A stretch of 64,000 nucleotides of DNA, taken from the NCBI GenBank assembly GCA_034433515.1, contig DAOUAL010000102.1:64556-128555 (forward strand), read 5' to 3'. A program made the position numbers and the translations under genes. Within the stretch, counting starts at the first letter, position 1. Every line of letters begins with the position of its first letter. The notes below the pieces were generated by a model, which was not told the origin of the DNA, did not search any database, and worked only from the letters and a program-made list of their open reading frames with translations. Positions 44,361 through 53,604 of this stretch are shown here, piece by piece. The stretch comes from Anaerolineae bacterium (GTDB lineage Bacteria > Chloroflexota > Anaerolineae > UBA4142).

Positions 44361-45001
44361 AACTCTTTTCCGGTTTCCCAGACGGCAAACTTGCCGTGAC
44401 GCCTCTGCCGAATCTATTCTTTAGTGAATTGTTACCTGCCATTGATGATTTGGCAGAACTCAAAGTAACGTTGCACATTTTTTGGCAGATGGCTCACAGC
44501 AAAACGGCTTTTGTGCGCGCGAGCGATCTGCGCGCCGACCGCACGTTGATGCAATCGCTCAAGCAAGTGGATCCCTCACCCGATCAAGCGCTTGAACGCG
44601 GATTGGCGTTGGCAACCGAACGCGGCACGTTGCTGAATCGCGATGAACTCTACTTTCTCAATACCGCGAAAGGACGGCGCGCGTTCGAAGAGATGCAAGC
44701 CGCCGAACCGAGCAAGCTCCACCGCGAGTCTGCGCCGGTGGAGGAACGCCCCAACATCTTTGTGTTGTACGAAAACAATATTGGTTTACTCACGCCGATC
44801 ATTGCGGAAGAATTGCGCGAGGCGGAGCAACTTTATTCGGCGGAGTGGGTGGCAGATGCCATCCGAATTGCCGTCGAGCAAAACAAACGTCGTTGGGCAT
44901 ACGCGCGTAAGATTTTGGAACGGTGGAAGACCGAAGGGCGCGCGACCCCATCGAGAAAAAAGACGTGGTACGATGACTATGGCAAATTCGTCAAACGCTA
45001 A
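44357..45001 (+). CDS. DnaD/DnaB_2-domain replication (primosome) protein
   Basis: The C-terminal half NIFVLYENNIGLLTPIIAEELREAEQLYSAEWVADAIRIAVEQNKRRWAYARKILERW is DnaD-domain-like. The start overlaps the dnaB stop (ATGA). Confidence 0.65.
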   Translation: MKLFSGFPDGKLAVTPLPNLFFSELLPAIDDLAELKVTLHIFWQMAHSKTAFVRASDLRADRTLMQSLKQVDPSPDQALERGLALATERGTLLNRDELYFLNTAKGRRAFEEMQAAEPSKLHRESAPVEERPNIFVLYENNIGLLTPIIAEELREAEQLYSAEWVADAIRIAVEQNKRRWAYARKILERWKTEGRATPSRKKTWYDDYGKFVKR

Positions 45002-46325
45002 TCCGCCTTGCCCTATCTGTGGGGGCGTCGGTTTTTTGCGCCGCGATGTCCCGTTCGATCATCCGGACTTTGGGCGCGCCGTCCCGTGCGAATGCAAATT
45101 GCGCGAGACCCAGCAAGCCACTTTGGATAGTTTGCGAAGTGCGAGCGGCTTGGTGCATTTGACCCAAATGACGTTTGCGACGTTTCGACCGGAAGGAATT
45201 GGCTTGCCGCCGGACAAGCGCAAGAATTTGCGTGATGCGTACGAGACGGCGCAACAATTTGCGCACCACCCCAACGGATGGTTGTTGTTCAAAGGAGGCT
45301 ATGGTTGCGGCAAAACGCATCTGGCCGCCGCAATCGCGAATGAACGATTGGCGAATGGTGAACCGGTGTTGTTTGTGGTGGTGCCAGACTTGCTCGATCA
45401 CTTGCGCGCCACGTTTGCACCCACCAGCCGCATAACCTACGATGATCGCTTTGAATCCATTCGTTCCACCCCCTTTCTCATTCTCGACGATCTGGGGTCG
45501 CAGACGACTACGGCGTGGGCACAAGAAAAACTTTTTCAATTGTTCAACTATCGTTACAACGCGCAACTACCCACCGTCGTCACCACCAATCGCGAGTTGG
45601 AGGACATTGATCCGCGCTTGCGCTCGCGTTTAGCGGATGCCACCTTTTGCAAAATCGTGACCATCCTCGCGCCCGATTATCGGCAGGGTGGGGCAGATGC
45701 AGCTGCCTCGAGCGCATCGAACTTGGCGTTCTACAACCAGATGACATTTGCCAGTTTTGATTTACGCGACGGCGAATTGGTCGGCGATGAACGCGGTAAT
45801 TTACGCCGGGTCTTGAACACGGCAAAACATTACGCCGAAAATCCTCAAGGGTTTATTGTGTTTACCGGCGATTACGGGTGTGGCAAGACGCACCTCGCCG
45901 CTGCGATTGCCAATGCCGTCGCCACGCGCGGCATCTCGGTGATGTTTGTGGTGGTGCCGGATTTGTTGGATCATTTGCGCGCGGCCTTCGCGCCCAACAG
46001 CACCACCTCTTACGATCAGCGATTTGAGGAGGCACGCAACGCGCCGTTTTTGGTGTTGGATGATCTGGGGACGGAGAACGCCACGCCGTGGGCGCGCGAG
46101 AAATTGTACCAAATCATTGATCATCGTTACGTGGCACATCTGCCCACCGTGATCACGGCACACAAAGAAGCCCAGATCGAGCCGCGCATCCAGTCGCGCA
46201 TTTTTGATCTGGCACGTAGTTCGGTCAATGAAATTCTCGCGCCGAGTTATCGTACGACGTATCGCCGGGCGCAGACCAAAACCGAGCCCCCGGTCCGACG
46301 ATCGCGTACCGGTCAGCGCTCCTAA
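44973..46325 (+). CDS. Helicase-loader-like ATPase with two tandem DnaC/DnaI (IstB-like AAA+) modules and an N-terminal Cys4 knuckle
   Basis: Cys knuckle CPICGG...CEC. Module 1 has GGYGCGKTHLAAAIANE...FLILDDLG...TTN. Module 2 has GDYGCGKTHLAAAIANA...FLVLDDLG. The real start is ATG 44973 or 44979; the track start 44643 is in another frame over the DnaD-like gene. Confidence 0.75.
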   Translation: MTMANSSNANPPCPICGGVGFLRRDVPFDHPDFGRAVPCECKLRETQQATLDSLRSASGLVHLTQMTFATFRPEGIGLPPDKRKNLRDAYETAQQFAHHPNGWLLFKGGYGCGKTHLAAAIANERLANGEPVLFVVVPDLLDHLRATFAPTSRITYDDRFESIRSTPFLILDDLGSQTTTAWAQEKLFQLFNYRYNAQLPTVVTTNRELEDIDPRLRSRLADATFCKIVTILAPDYRQGGADAAASSASNLAFYNQMTFASFDLRDGELVGDERGNLRRVLNTAKHYAENPQGFIVFTGDYGCGKTHLAAAIANAVATRGISVMFVVVPDLLDHLRAAFAPNSTTSYDQRFEEARNAPFLVLDDLGTENATPWAREKLYQIIDHRYVAHLPTVITAHKEAQIEPRIQSRIFDLARSSVNEILAPSYRTTYRRAQTKTEPPVRRSRTGQRS

Positions 46326-46344
46326 TGTTGACACTGCCTTCACT

Positions 46345-46373
46345 TTGGTCTCCCTTGGGCTTTATGGTATAAT
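46345..46373 (+). promoter_or_regulatory. Promoter TTGGTC-N17-(TGG)TATAAT
   Basis: Read directly, 70 nt upstream of ATG 46443, whose RBS is GAGGAG. Confidence 0.45.
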
Positions 46374-46442
46374 CCGCTTGCTCTGATCCGCAGGATGCCA
46401 TCGCGTTCCTGCATTCTAGTTTTGTGAGGAGATTCAAATCGA

Positions 46443-47105
46443 ATGCAATTGAAACATTGGGGGGTGCGTCTGTTGTTGGGCGCGGTACTGTTTGGCGGTG
46501 CACTCGGTTGCCAAATCACCGATCGTTTGGTTGCCCAACTTCAACCCACGCCAACTTTTACCCGAACGCCACGTCCTACGTTTACCCCGGTGCCATCCCC
46601 AACCTTTACTCAGATTCCTCCCTCGCCGACGGTTCCGCCACCGACTGCCACACGCACTGCCACCGCACGCCCGGCACCCACGCGAACACCTACAAGACCG
46701 CCGGCACCCACCGCAGTCCCGCCACCCACCGTGCCGCCCCCGCCTCAATTTGAGTACGCCGCCACGAATATCAATTGCACACACGCAGGCAATCAATATA
46801 TCAAAGGGCGTGTCTATGCTAGTCAAAGCCCCGATGCGGGTGGAGTGGCTGGCATTCGGGTTGGCTTGGGTGATGCGACCGGCACCAATCCATGGGTTAC
46901 CATTCGGAGCGAGGACGATGGGTTTTACACCTTTACCTTGTCCACGCCCGGTCAACCTGCTAATGCGGGTACCTATTACGTCTGGTTGATGGATGGGACG
47001 GGCAAGCGCATCTCGGACATTGGTGGACCGATCAGAATGAACCCGGTGGGACCGGATGCTCCCGGCACTTGCTGGGCAGGTGTGGTTGATTTTTATCATC
47101 GCTAG
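46443..47105 (+). CDS. Lipoprotein with PT-rich linker and C-terminal beta-sandwich-like domain (paralogue 1)
   Basis: Lipobox GALGC, ~75 aa of Pro/Thr linker, then ...YIKGRVY...GIRVGLGD...FYTFTL...[14 protein letters not shown]. Confidence 0.65.
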   Translation: MQLKHWGVRLLLGAVLFGGALGCQITDRLVAQLQPTPTFTRTPRPTFTPVPSPTFTQIPPSPTVPPPTATRTATARPAPTRTPTRPPAPTAVPPPTVPPPPQFEYAATNINCTHAGNQYIKGRVYASQSPDAGGVAGIRVGLGDATGTNPWVTIRSEDDGFYTFTLSTPGQPANAGTYYVWLMDGTGKRISDIGGPIRMNPVGPDAPGTCWAGVVDFYHR

Positions 47106-47128
47106 GAGACGGATGGGAGGGCTCAACG

Positions 47129-47671
47129 ATGAGTACTCCGCAAAAACATCATCCCTTGGTTCAACTGGCACGCGAGGCAATCGAAACGTACGTGCGACGG
47201 CACCAGCGAATCCAACCGCCAGCCGAGTTAACGCCGGAGATGCAAGCGCGCGCCGGCGCGTTCGTCTCGCTTCATCGGTTGGATGGCGAACTGCGTGGCT
47301 GTATCGGTACGATTGAACCGGTGCGCGAGAATCTCGCCGAAGAAATCATCGAGAATGCGATCAGCGCGGCAACCCGCGATCCCCGTTTTCCCCCGGTGCG
47401 TGCCGATGAACTGGGGATGCTCGATATTTCGGTGGATGTGCTGACCGCGCCAGAACCCATTACTTCGATTCATGATCAAGACCCCAAGATTCATGGCTTG
47501 ATTGTGCAATCGTTGCGCGATCCATGGAAGCGCGGGTTGCTCCTGCCCGATTTGGAAGACATTGATACCGCCGAAAAACAACTCTACTATACGCGCGTTT
47601 ACAAAGCTCACATCACCGATCCCAATGAACCAGTCCAGTTGTATCGTTTTACGGTCAAACGCTATCATTGA
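47129..47671 (+). CDS. AMMECR1-domain protein
   Basis: Contains [23 protein letters not shown]...[11 protein letters not shown]. Confidence 0.85.
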   Translation: MSTPQKHHPLVQLAREAIETYVRRHQRIQPPAELTPEMQARAGAFVSLHRLDGELRGCIGTIEPVRENLAEEIIENAISAATRDPRFPPVRADELGMLDISVDVLTAPEPITSIHDQDPKIHGLIVQSLRDPWKRGLLLPDLEDIDTAEKQLYYTRVYKAHITDPNEPVQLYRFTVKRYH

Positions 47672-47819
47672 GTTGTAAAGTGTTTTTTGAAATTGGCACG
47701 GGCTGTTAGAAACCGTGCATCGGCTGGTAGAGACGAGTCGGCGAGTCATCTGTTGTATTATTGAGCAATCTGAACGGCTCTTTTGGGCGGAGGGTAGATC
47801 ATTGAAACGGCATGATCTG

Positions 47820-48470
47820 ATGCGATGGTTAGCAACGGGTGGCATTTTCTGGTTTATCGTTCTAGGTTGTCGAACCACCGATTTGATCGCGCGTGCCAAT
47901 CCCACACCAACATTCACTCTAGTTCCCACGCGTACCACCGTGCGCCCTACCTTTACATCGGTGCCCCCGACGCTCACTTCATCGCCCACGCTCGTTCCAA
48001 CGATTGTCCCACCCACCCGTACGCCTACGGTGCGCCCCACCACGCGTGTGCCAGCGCCGGTAAGGACAGCGACGCCCGCGCCGCCGCCTCCCACCCCCGA
48101 TCCGTACGCCGGGTGGTATTACAAACCGGTGAACAAGGGGTGTGTCACTGCGCCCAATACCCGCATCGAAGGGGCGGTGTACGAGAATGGGGTGCTCAAG
48201 AATGGAGTTCGCGTGCGTGTGTCGCATATGGAAGGCGGCGAACCCTCGATCAATGATTCGATCACCGGGATGGACCCCACCGATCACAAACACGTGGCAC
48301 CGGAATGGGCAGGCAGATACCGGCTGGCTCTCTACGAAGGTCAGCAAAATGCTGGCAATTGGTGGGTGTTTATTGTGGACGAGAATGGAAATCAGTTATC
48401 GCCCGGCGTGTTGGTTACGACGCAGGATGGGGGCGGTTGTAACACGGCAACGATTGACTTTCGACATTAA
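47820..48470 (+). CDS. Lipoprotein with PT-rich linker (paralogue 2 of 46443-47105)
   Basis: MRWLATGGIFWFIVLGC lipobox, a PT linker, then ...RIEGAVYENGVLKNGVRVRVS...WWVFIVDENGNQLS. TTG 47802 with GGAGGG is an alternative start. Confidence 0.6.
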   Translation: MRWLATGGIFWFIVLGCRTTDLIARANPTPTFTLVPTRTTVRPTFTSVPPTLTSSPTLVPTIVPPTRTPTVRPTTRVPAPVRTATPAPPPPTPDPYAGWYYKPVNKGCVTAPNTRIEGAVYENGVLKNGVRVRVSHMEGGEPSINDSITGMDPTDHKHVAPEWAGRYRLALYEGQQNAGNWWVFIVDENGNQLSPGVLVTTQDGGGCNTATIDFRH

Positions 48471-48472
48471 AG

Positions 48473-48505
48473 AAAAAAATCTGCGGTATGACCGCAGATT
48501 TTTTT
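48473..48505. terminator. Bidirectional rho-independent terminator
   Basis: AAAAAAATCTGCGGT-atg-ACCGCAGATTTTTTT, between convergent genes. Confidence 0.75.
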
Positions 48506-48510
48506 GTGCT

Positions 48511-49224
48511 TTAGGAATGCACGTCATGTGCTAACACCAGCGCGCCTTCGATAACGATGCGCCGGAAAACTTGAGCGTACTGGACGCCGATGGATTTGCC
48601 ATAATCGCGCGCGGTGTTTTGAATGAATGATCGCGCGGCATCATCCCACACGGTCGTCTGACTGCGATGTTGGGCAAGCACGCGCAATTGAGTCTCCAGC
48701 GTGTTGCTCACATCTACAAAATAGTTTGGTGTGTCCGCGTTGAACAGCCACAATTCCGGGATTGCCCACGCTTGAATCCCTTGCGCGCGTAGTTCGGGAT
48801 AGAACAGCGGCATCTTGGCGGCGAGACGCGCATCCAGCGCGACTTGGCCTGCCGCCAAATGATCGGGATGGAGTTCGTAACGTTTCCATGGATCAAAGGT
48901 GAGTAGTAATTCTGGCTGGTGTTTACGGTACAACGTGGCGAGGTCACGGCGCAAGTCGGCGTTGGGTTCTAGTTCGCCATCGCGATAGCCCAGAAAGATC
49001 ACTTGGGCAATCCCCAGACTAGAGGCGGCTTGTTCCTGCTCGCTCCGTCGTTGCGCGGCGAGTTGGCGCGGATCGGCGTCTGGATCATAACTTCCCTTGT
49101 CGCCATCGGTGCAGATCACCGAGATGATCTCTGCCCCCTCGTTGGCGAGTTTGGCAATTGTGGCGCCGGCGTACCATTCCAAATCATCGGGATGGGCGCC
49201 TACCCCCATCACTCGTTTGCCCAT
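48511..49224 (-). CDS. PIG-L/LmbE-family N-acetylglucosaminyl deacetylase
   Basis: Contains GVGAHPDDLEWYAGATIAKLANEGAEIISVICTDGDKGS and HPDHLAAG. Confidence 0.8.
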   Translation of the reverse strand: MGKRVMGVGAHPDDLEWYAGATIAKLANEGAEIISVICTDGDKGSYDPDADPRQLAAQRRSEQEQAASSLGIAQVIFLGYRDGELEPNADLRRDLATLYRKHQPELLLTFDPWKRYELHPDHLAAGQVALDARLAAKMPLFYPELRAQGIQAWAIPELWLFNADTPNYFVDVSNTLETQLRVLAQHRSQTTVWDDAARSFIQNTARDYGKSIGVQYAQVFRRIVIEGALVLAHDVHS

Positions 49225-49329
49225 AGATGCTCCTTTTCAAAATTGGCAAAAGGGTTATTTTTCTTTTCTCCCACAGTGTGATATAATGTGTGCAAATACG
49301 CCATCTTGGCTGCAATCCATAGAGGTTCG

Positions 49330-50424
49330 ATGAAGATTCGTACGCGCATTGCTGAATGGTTTCTGTTTGCGCTCATCTTCATAGTCCTGCAAGGTTGTCA
49401 GAGTGCTCCGAACACTCGTCTCGATATTGTTCCACCTGTTCGCCCCGAACCTTCGCCTACCGTCGAAGCGCCCTCTCCCATTCCCCCCGTGATTCCGACC
49501 GGCACACCCACTCCCACGCGGGTTGTGCCAGCCACGCCAGAGAAGGAACGGGAATCACTGCGCGACCGGATCATCGTGGTCTCTTCGTTTAATGTCGTTG
49601 CTTCTGTCCCCACCGTTGCGCCCACGCTATCCCCCACGAGCATAGCGCGGCCCGCTCGTCCTTTCACCGATGCGGAACTTTATCTCCACATACCGCCACA
49701 CCTCAATACCCAACAGCCAGTCCGGGTCTTGCTCGTGTTGCATGGGATGGGGGGGCAAGGTGCATCTTTTGCCCAATCTCTACTCAACGAAGCCGATCAA
49801 AATAATTGGCTGGTCGTTGCCCCCACATTTTCCTATCACGATTATATGGATTTGAAGCAATTGGTCGAAGATGATCTCAGTCTCACCAGCAAATTATCGG
49901 ACACGCTCGATGTCTTGCCCAAGAAACTCAATTTGAAACTTCGTTCCCGTGCCTTAGTGTACGGTTTTTCGCGTGGCGCGCAACTGGGCCATCGGTTTGC
50001 AATGATGTATCCAGAACGGGTAAGCAGTGTAGTAGCGATCTCAGCGGGGGCGTATACGCTTCCCCTTGAAACGAGAAACGCTGACCGAGGACCCCAGCGG
50101 TTGCCCTTCCCCTTTGGGGTAGGCGATTTGGACAAGTTGGCAGGGCGCCCGTTCAATTGGTCGAGTTTTCGCCAAGTGTCGTTCTGGATTGGCGTCGGCG
50201 ATAAAGATAATTGTTCCACTGATGTTCCGCGCGCCTTTGATCCTTACGTTGGCGAGAATCGGGTTGAGCGCGCGCGCAACTTTGAACAGGTGTTACGTGC
50301 ACAAGGCGTCCCCGTCCGTTTGGTGATCTTTCCGAACGCAGGACACGAAATCACTGCCGAGATGCGCAAAGGGGCGGTGCAATTCTTGCGCGAGCGTGAT
50401 AACGCCAGCAGTTTTAGCGACTAA
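49330..50424 (+). CDS. Secreted alpha/beta hydrolase lipoprotein (esterase/depolymerase-like)
   Basis: ATG 49330, lipobox LQGC and a PT linker. Contains LLVLHGMGGQG and nucleophile elbow GFSRG. A TGATATAAT element lies at 49279-49287. Confidence 0.6.
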   Translation: MKIRTRIAEWFLFALIFIVLQGCQSAPNTRLDIVPPVRPEPSPTVEAPSPIPPVIPTGTPTPTRVVPATPEKERESLRDRIIVVSSFNVVASVPTVAPTLSPTSIARPARPFTDAELYLHIPPHLNTQQPVRVLLVLHGMGGQGASFAQSLLNEADQNNWLVVAPTFSYHDYMDLKQLVEDDLSLTSKLSDTLDVLPKKLNLKLRSRALVYGFSRGAQLGHRFAMMYPERVSSVVAISAGAYTLPLETRNADRGPQRLPFPFGVGDLDKLAGRPFNWSSFRQVSFWIGVGDKDNCSTDVPRAFDPYVGENRVERARNFEQVLRAQGVPVRLVIFPNAGHEITAEMRKGAVQFLRERDNASSFSD

Positions 50425-50427
50425 GCG

Positions 50428-51477
50428 ATGCGCGTGCTGCTCCTCCTATATCTGGTTGGTACTTGGCTTTTGAGTTGTTCCGCCATTCAGCCAACCCCGC
50501 TACCTTCTGTCGAGTCTTTTTCAACACTGCTTCCAACCCTCACTAACACTCTCACGCCCACGAGGGTTGCACCCAGCGCGGCTTTTGTTATTTCCTCACC
50601 CACAGCGACTAATCCTCCACGTCCCGCGCCATCATCCACACCAACGATTGTCGCGCGCACAGCAACCCCCTGGCCACAACCGCAAGGGCGCGGCTCGTGC
50701 GAAGAAAAGAAATTTCGGAGCGCGGCGCTCAATCAAGAAATGCCGTTCTATCTCTATTTGCCACCCGGTTATTCTAGCGCGCAAGCCCAGCGACGCTATC
50801 CAGTGCTGTATCTGCTCTCTGGTTTGGGTGCCCAACACAAGGAATGGTACAACTTTAACCTCTGCGGCGTGATGGACGATCTGATCGCCAACAACAAAGC
50901 CAAGCCGATGATTGTGGTGATGCCCTCTGGCAACGATAACCCAGCGGGCGGTGTGGGTTCATATTGGTTCAATCACGCCCCACCGCCGGTGAGCGATGGA
51001 AAACGCTGGGGCGATTATATCTGGCAAGACCTAGTAACTTTTATTGACAAGAATTATCGGACGATTCCTGCTCGTGAGAACCGGGCGATTGGCGGACTCT
51101 CCGCCGGCGGGCAAGCGGCATTGATGCACGGCTTGACGCATCCGGAAATTTTTAGTATCGTAGGCGCGCACAGTCCGTCGTTTCGCCATGCCGATGGAGT
51201 CATTCCCTACTTTGGCGATCAAAATTATTACAATCAATATGATCCGGTCTGGCTCGTGCAAAATACCCAGACCTGGCGCCAACTCACTCTTTGGATTGAC
51301 GTAGGCGATCATGACGATCAATGGGGCACGGCAATTCTCGCCTATCACGATTTGCTCGTCAAATTGGGTGTCCCACACGAGTTCCATCTCTTTTACGGTT
51401 TCCACGACCCACCCTATTGGGCAGTTCATACGCCGGATTATCTTCAATGGTACGCATCCAAACTCACCGGGCAATGA
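50428..51477 (+). CDS. Putative-esterase-family (esterase D / enterochelin-esterase-like) lipoprotein, paralogue 1
   Basis: Lipobox LLSC and a PT linker. Contains YPVLYLLSGLG, GGLSAGG and GAHSPSF. Confidence 0.7.
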   Translation: MRVLLLLYLVGTWLLSCSAIQPTPLPSVESFSTLLPTLTNTLTPTRVAPSAAFVISSPTATNPPRPAPSSTPTIVARTATPWPQPQGRGSCEEKKFRSAALNQEMPFYLYLPPGYSSAQAQRRYPVLYLLSGLGAQHKEWYNFNLCGVMDDLIANNKAKPMIVVMPSGNDNPAGGVGSYWFNHAPPPVSDGKRWGDYIWQDLVTFIDKNYRTIPARENRAIGGLSAGGQAALMHGLTHPEIFSIVGAHSPSFRHADGVIPYFGDQNYYNQYDPVWLVQNTQTWRQLTLWIDVGDHDDQWGTAILAYHDLLVKLGVPHEFHLFYGFHDPPYWAVHTPDYLQWYASKLTGQ

Positions 51478-52541
51478 AAAGCATTTTCGTTTTCGTTGCG
51501 ATTGGATTGATGTTCAGTGCAGGATGTGTGATCAATGTTCGCACGTCCGTGCCCACTGCTGTTCCTACCCAAGCATCGCAAGTTGTTCTCGTCTCGTCGG
51601 TGAGTCCAACCCGCGTACCCACGGCGACATTCACACCGACCTTTACGCCAACGCAGACGCGCACACCTACCGCTACCTTTACGCCAACGTTGACGCGGAC
51701 GCCTACCAACACGCCGCGCCCGACTGGCAAGATCACCAAGATTGACACCAAATTCAAAAGCACGTTGCTGAATCAAGAGCGCCGCATCATCATCTACTTG
51801 CCGCCGGGTTACAACGATTCACCGCAACGGCGTTATCCTGTGCTGTATCTCTTGCATGGTTATGGTGGATGCAACGACAAGATTACCGAGTGGGAAGCAT
51901 GGGGCTTGAAAGATCAAGCCGAAGCGATGATCGTCAGCGGCAAGATTCAACCAATGATCATCGTTCAGCCGGACGGTTTTATGGATGATTGTCAGCCATC
52001 CTATTTCTTCAATCATCAACCCGGGATGACCGATGGCAAACCCTGGGGCGATTACATTTGGGGCGAAGTGGTCAACTATACTGACAAAAACTATCGAACG
52101 CTCGCACGCCGAGAGAGCCGCGCCATCGGTGGATTTTCGTTGGGGGGCCAAGGCGCGCTCTCGCTCGCGTTCCTGCATGCCGATGTGTTTGCGGCTGTCG
52201 GCGCACACAGCCCCTCGTTTCGTGGGGCGGATGGTTCAATCCCGGTGATCAACGATTGGAACTGGTTCAATCAATTCGATCCCATCTGGATCGTACAAAA
52301 CAAAAGTATTTCACGGGAATTGAAAATCTGGATTGATGTCGGTGCAGACGACGACAAGGTACGTCATTGCGGGCCAGGTTCTGATCGTTGTGTAGAAGCG
52401 TTTCATGCGCTCCTCCTCGCCAAAAACATTCCCCACGATTGGCACGGCGATTGGCTCGGTCGCCACGAAGGTCCCACGTATTGGGGTCCCCACATTCCCG
52501 ATTACTTGGCATGGTATGCCGCTCAACTCGCAGGGCAGTGA
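51474..52541 (+). CDS. Putative-esterase-family lipoprotein, paralogue 2
   Basis: ATG 51474 overlaps the previous stop (ATGA). Lipobox SAGC. Contains YPVLYLLHGYG, GGFSLGG and GAHSPSF. Confidence 0.7.
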   Translation: MKSIFVFVAIGLMFSAGCVINVRTSVPTAVPTQASQVVLVSSVSPTRVPTATFTPTFTPTQTRTPTATFTPTLTRTPTNTPRPTGKITKIDTKFKSTLLNQERRIIIYLPPGYNDSPQRRYPVLYLLHGYGGCNDKITEWEAWGLKDQAEAMIVSGKIQPMIIVQPDGFMDDCQPSYFFNHQPGMTDGKPWGDYIWGEVVNYTDKNYRTLARRESRAIGGFSLGGQGALSLAFLHADVFAAVGAHSPSFRGADGSIPVINDWNWFNQFDPIWIVQNKSISRELKIWIDVGADDDKVRHCGPGSDRCVEAFHALLLAKNIPHDWHGDWLGRHEGPTYWGPHIPDYLAWYAAQLAGQ

Positions 52542-53554
52542 TGCGCATCTCTATAATTCTGAGGCAATCCATATCGGTTGGGCTGTTGGCAATCTTTGTC
52601 ATCGGTTGTGTCACCTCGCCCGCTTCACTTGCCGATGTTTCTGATGTGCCCCCTCTTGCCACCTCAACGCCCATTCCTCTCTCTTCGTGTAACATTGTTG
52701 ATCGCCTCGCGCCCGACCGCCCTACCATCCCGCGTCCAGCTTTAATTCCGATTCCACCATTGATCCCGATTCCCGCGCTTGCCCAAGTCCGCAGTGATCT
52801 CGTCGAGTTGCGCTTTTACAGCCGATTGCTGGGGAAAGAAATGCCCGCGCTCGTTTATCTTCCGCCCGGTTACGATGAATCGTCGCAACGGTATTCGGTC
52901 TTGTATCTGCTCAGCGGATTTGCCGGCGATTATCGCGAATGGGCAACCTATGGTTTGTGCGAGATTTTGGATGCGTTGATTCGGGGTGGCGCCGTTCAAC
53001 CGATGATGGTCGTGATGCCGGAAGGTGAACGATCGTGGTGGTTCAATCATGCGCCGGTAGCCGGCAGCGACGGCAAACCGTACGGCGATTATGTGTGGCG
53101 CGATGTTGTTGGTTTTACGGATGCAACGTTTCGCACCTTGCCACGCCGGGAAAGCCGCGCGATTGGCGGGCTTTCGGCAGGGGGGCAAAGCGCGTTGATG
53201 CTGGCGCTCACTCAGCCGGAAATTTTCAGCATCGTGGGGGCGCACAGTCCATCGTTGCGCGGCGCCGATGGTTCGATTCCCTATTTTGGGGATCCAGAAT
53301 ATTTCAAGCAGTACGATCCCATCTGGCTATTTCGGAACATGGATACGTGGCGACGCCTTTCGATCTGGCTCGACATGGGGCGCGAGGATACGCAATGGGG
53401 CGATTCGATCCGCGAATTGCATCGCTTGATGGACGCGCTGGGTATCCCTCACGAATTCCAAGACACCTTCCCCGGCAAACACGAGAGTGATTATTGGAGC
53501 GCGCGTTTGAGTGATTACCTCAGGTGGTACTCCACCCAACTTGCCGGCGAATAA
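52541..53554 (+). CDS. Putative-esterase-family lipoprotein, paralogue 3
   Basis: ATG 52541 overlaps the previous stop (TGATG). Lipobox VIGC. Contains YSVLYLLSGFAG, GGLSAGG and GAHSPSL. Confidence 0.7.
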   Translation: MRISIILRQSISVGLLAIFVIGCVTSPASLADVSDVPPLATSTPIPLSSCNIVDRLAPDRPTIPRPALIPIPPLIPIPALAQVRSDLVELRFYSRLLGKEMPALVYLPPGYDESSQRYSVLYLLSGFAGDYREWATYGLCEILDALIRGGAVQPMMVVMPEGERSWWFNHAPVAGSDGKPYGDYVWRDVVGFTDATFRTLPRRESRAIGGLSAGGQSALMLALTQPEIFSIVGAHSPSLRGADGSIPYFGDPEYFKQYDPIWLFRNMDTWRRLSIWLDMGREDTQWGDSIRELHRLMDALGIPHEFQDTFPGKHESDYWSARLSDYLRWYSTQLAGE

Positions 53555-53575
53555 CCCTCTGGACGTTTCCCCCTC

Positions 53576-53604
53576 TTGTCAGCGATTCTTGATTGTGCGA
53601 TAAT
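53576..53604 (+). promoter_or_regulatory. Promoter TTGTCA-N17-(TGC)GATAAT
   Basis: Read directly, upstream of a 57-codon ORF (53644-53817) and the acyltransferase gene. Confidence 0.4.

Noticed and set aside
44643-44972. N-terminal 110 codons of track ORF 44643-46325.
   Set aside because: This stretch overlaps the DnaD-like gene in a different frame and is Arg/Ser-rich junk. The loader protein plausibly starts at ATG 44973 or 44979, just before the Cys4 knuckle.
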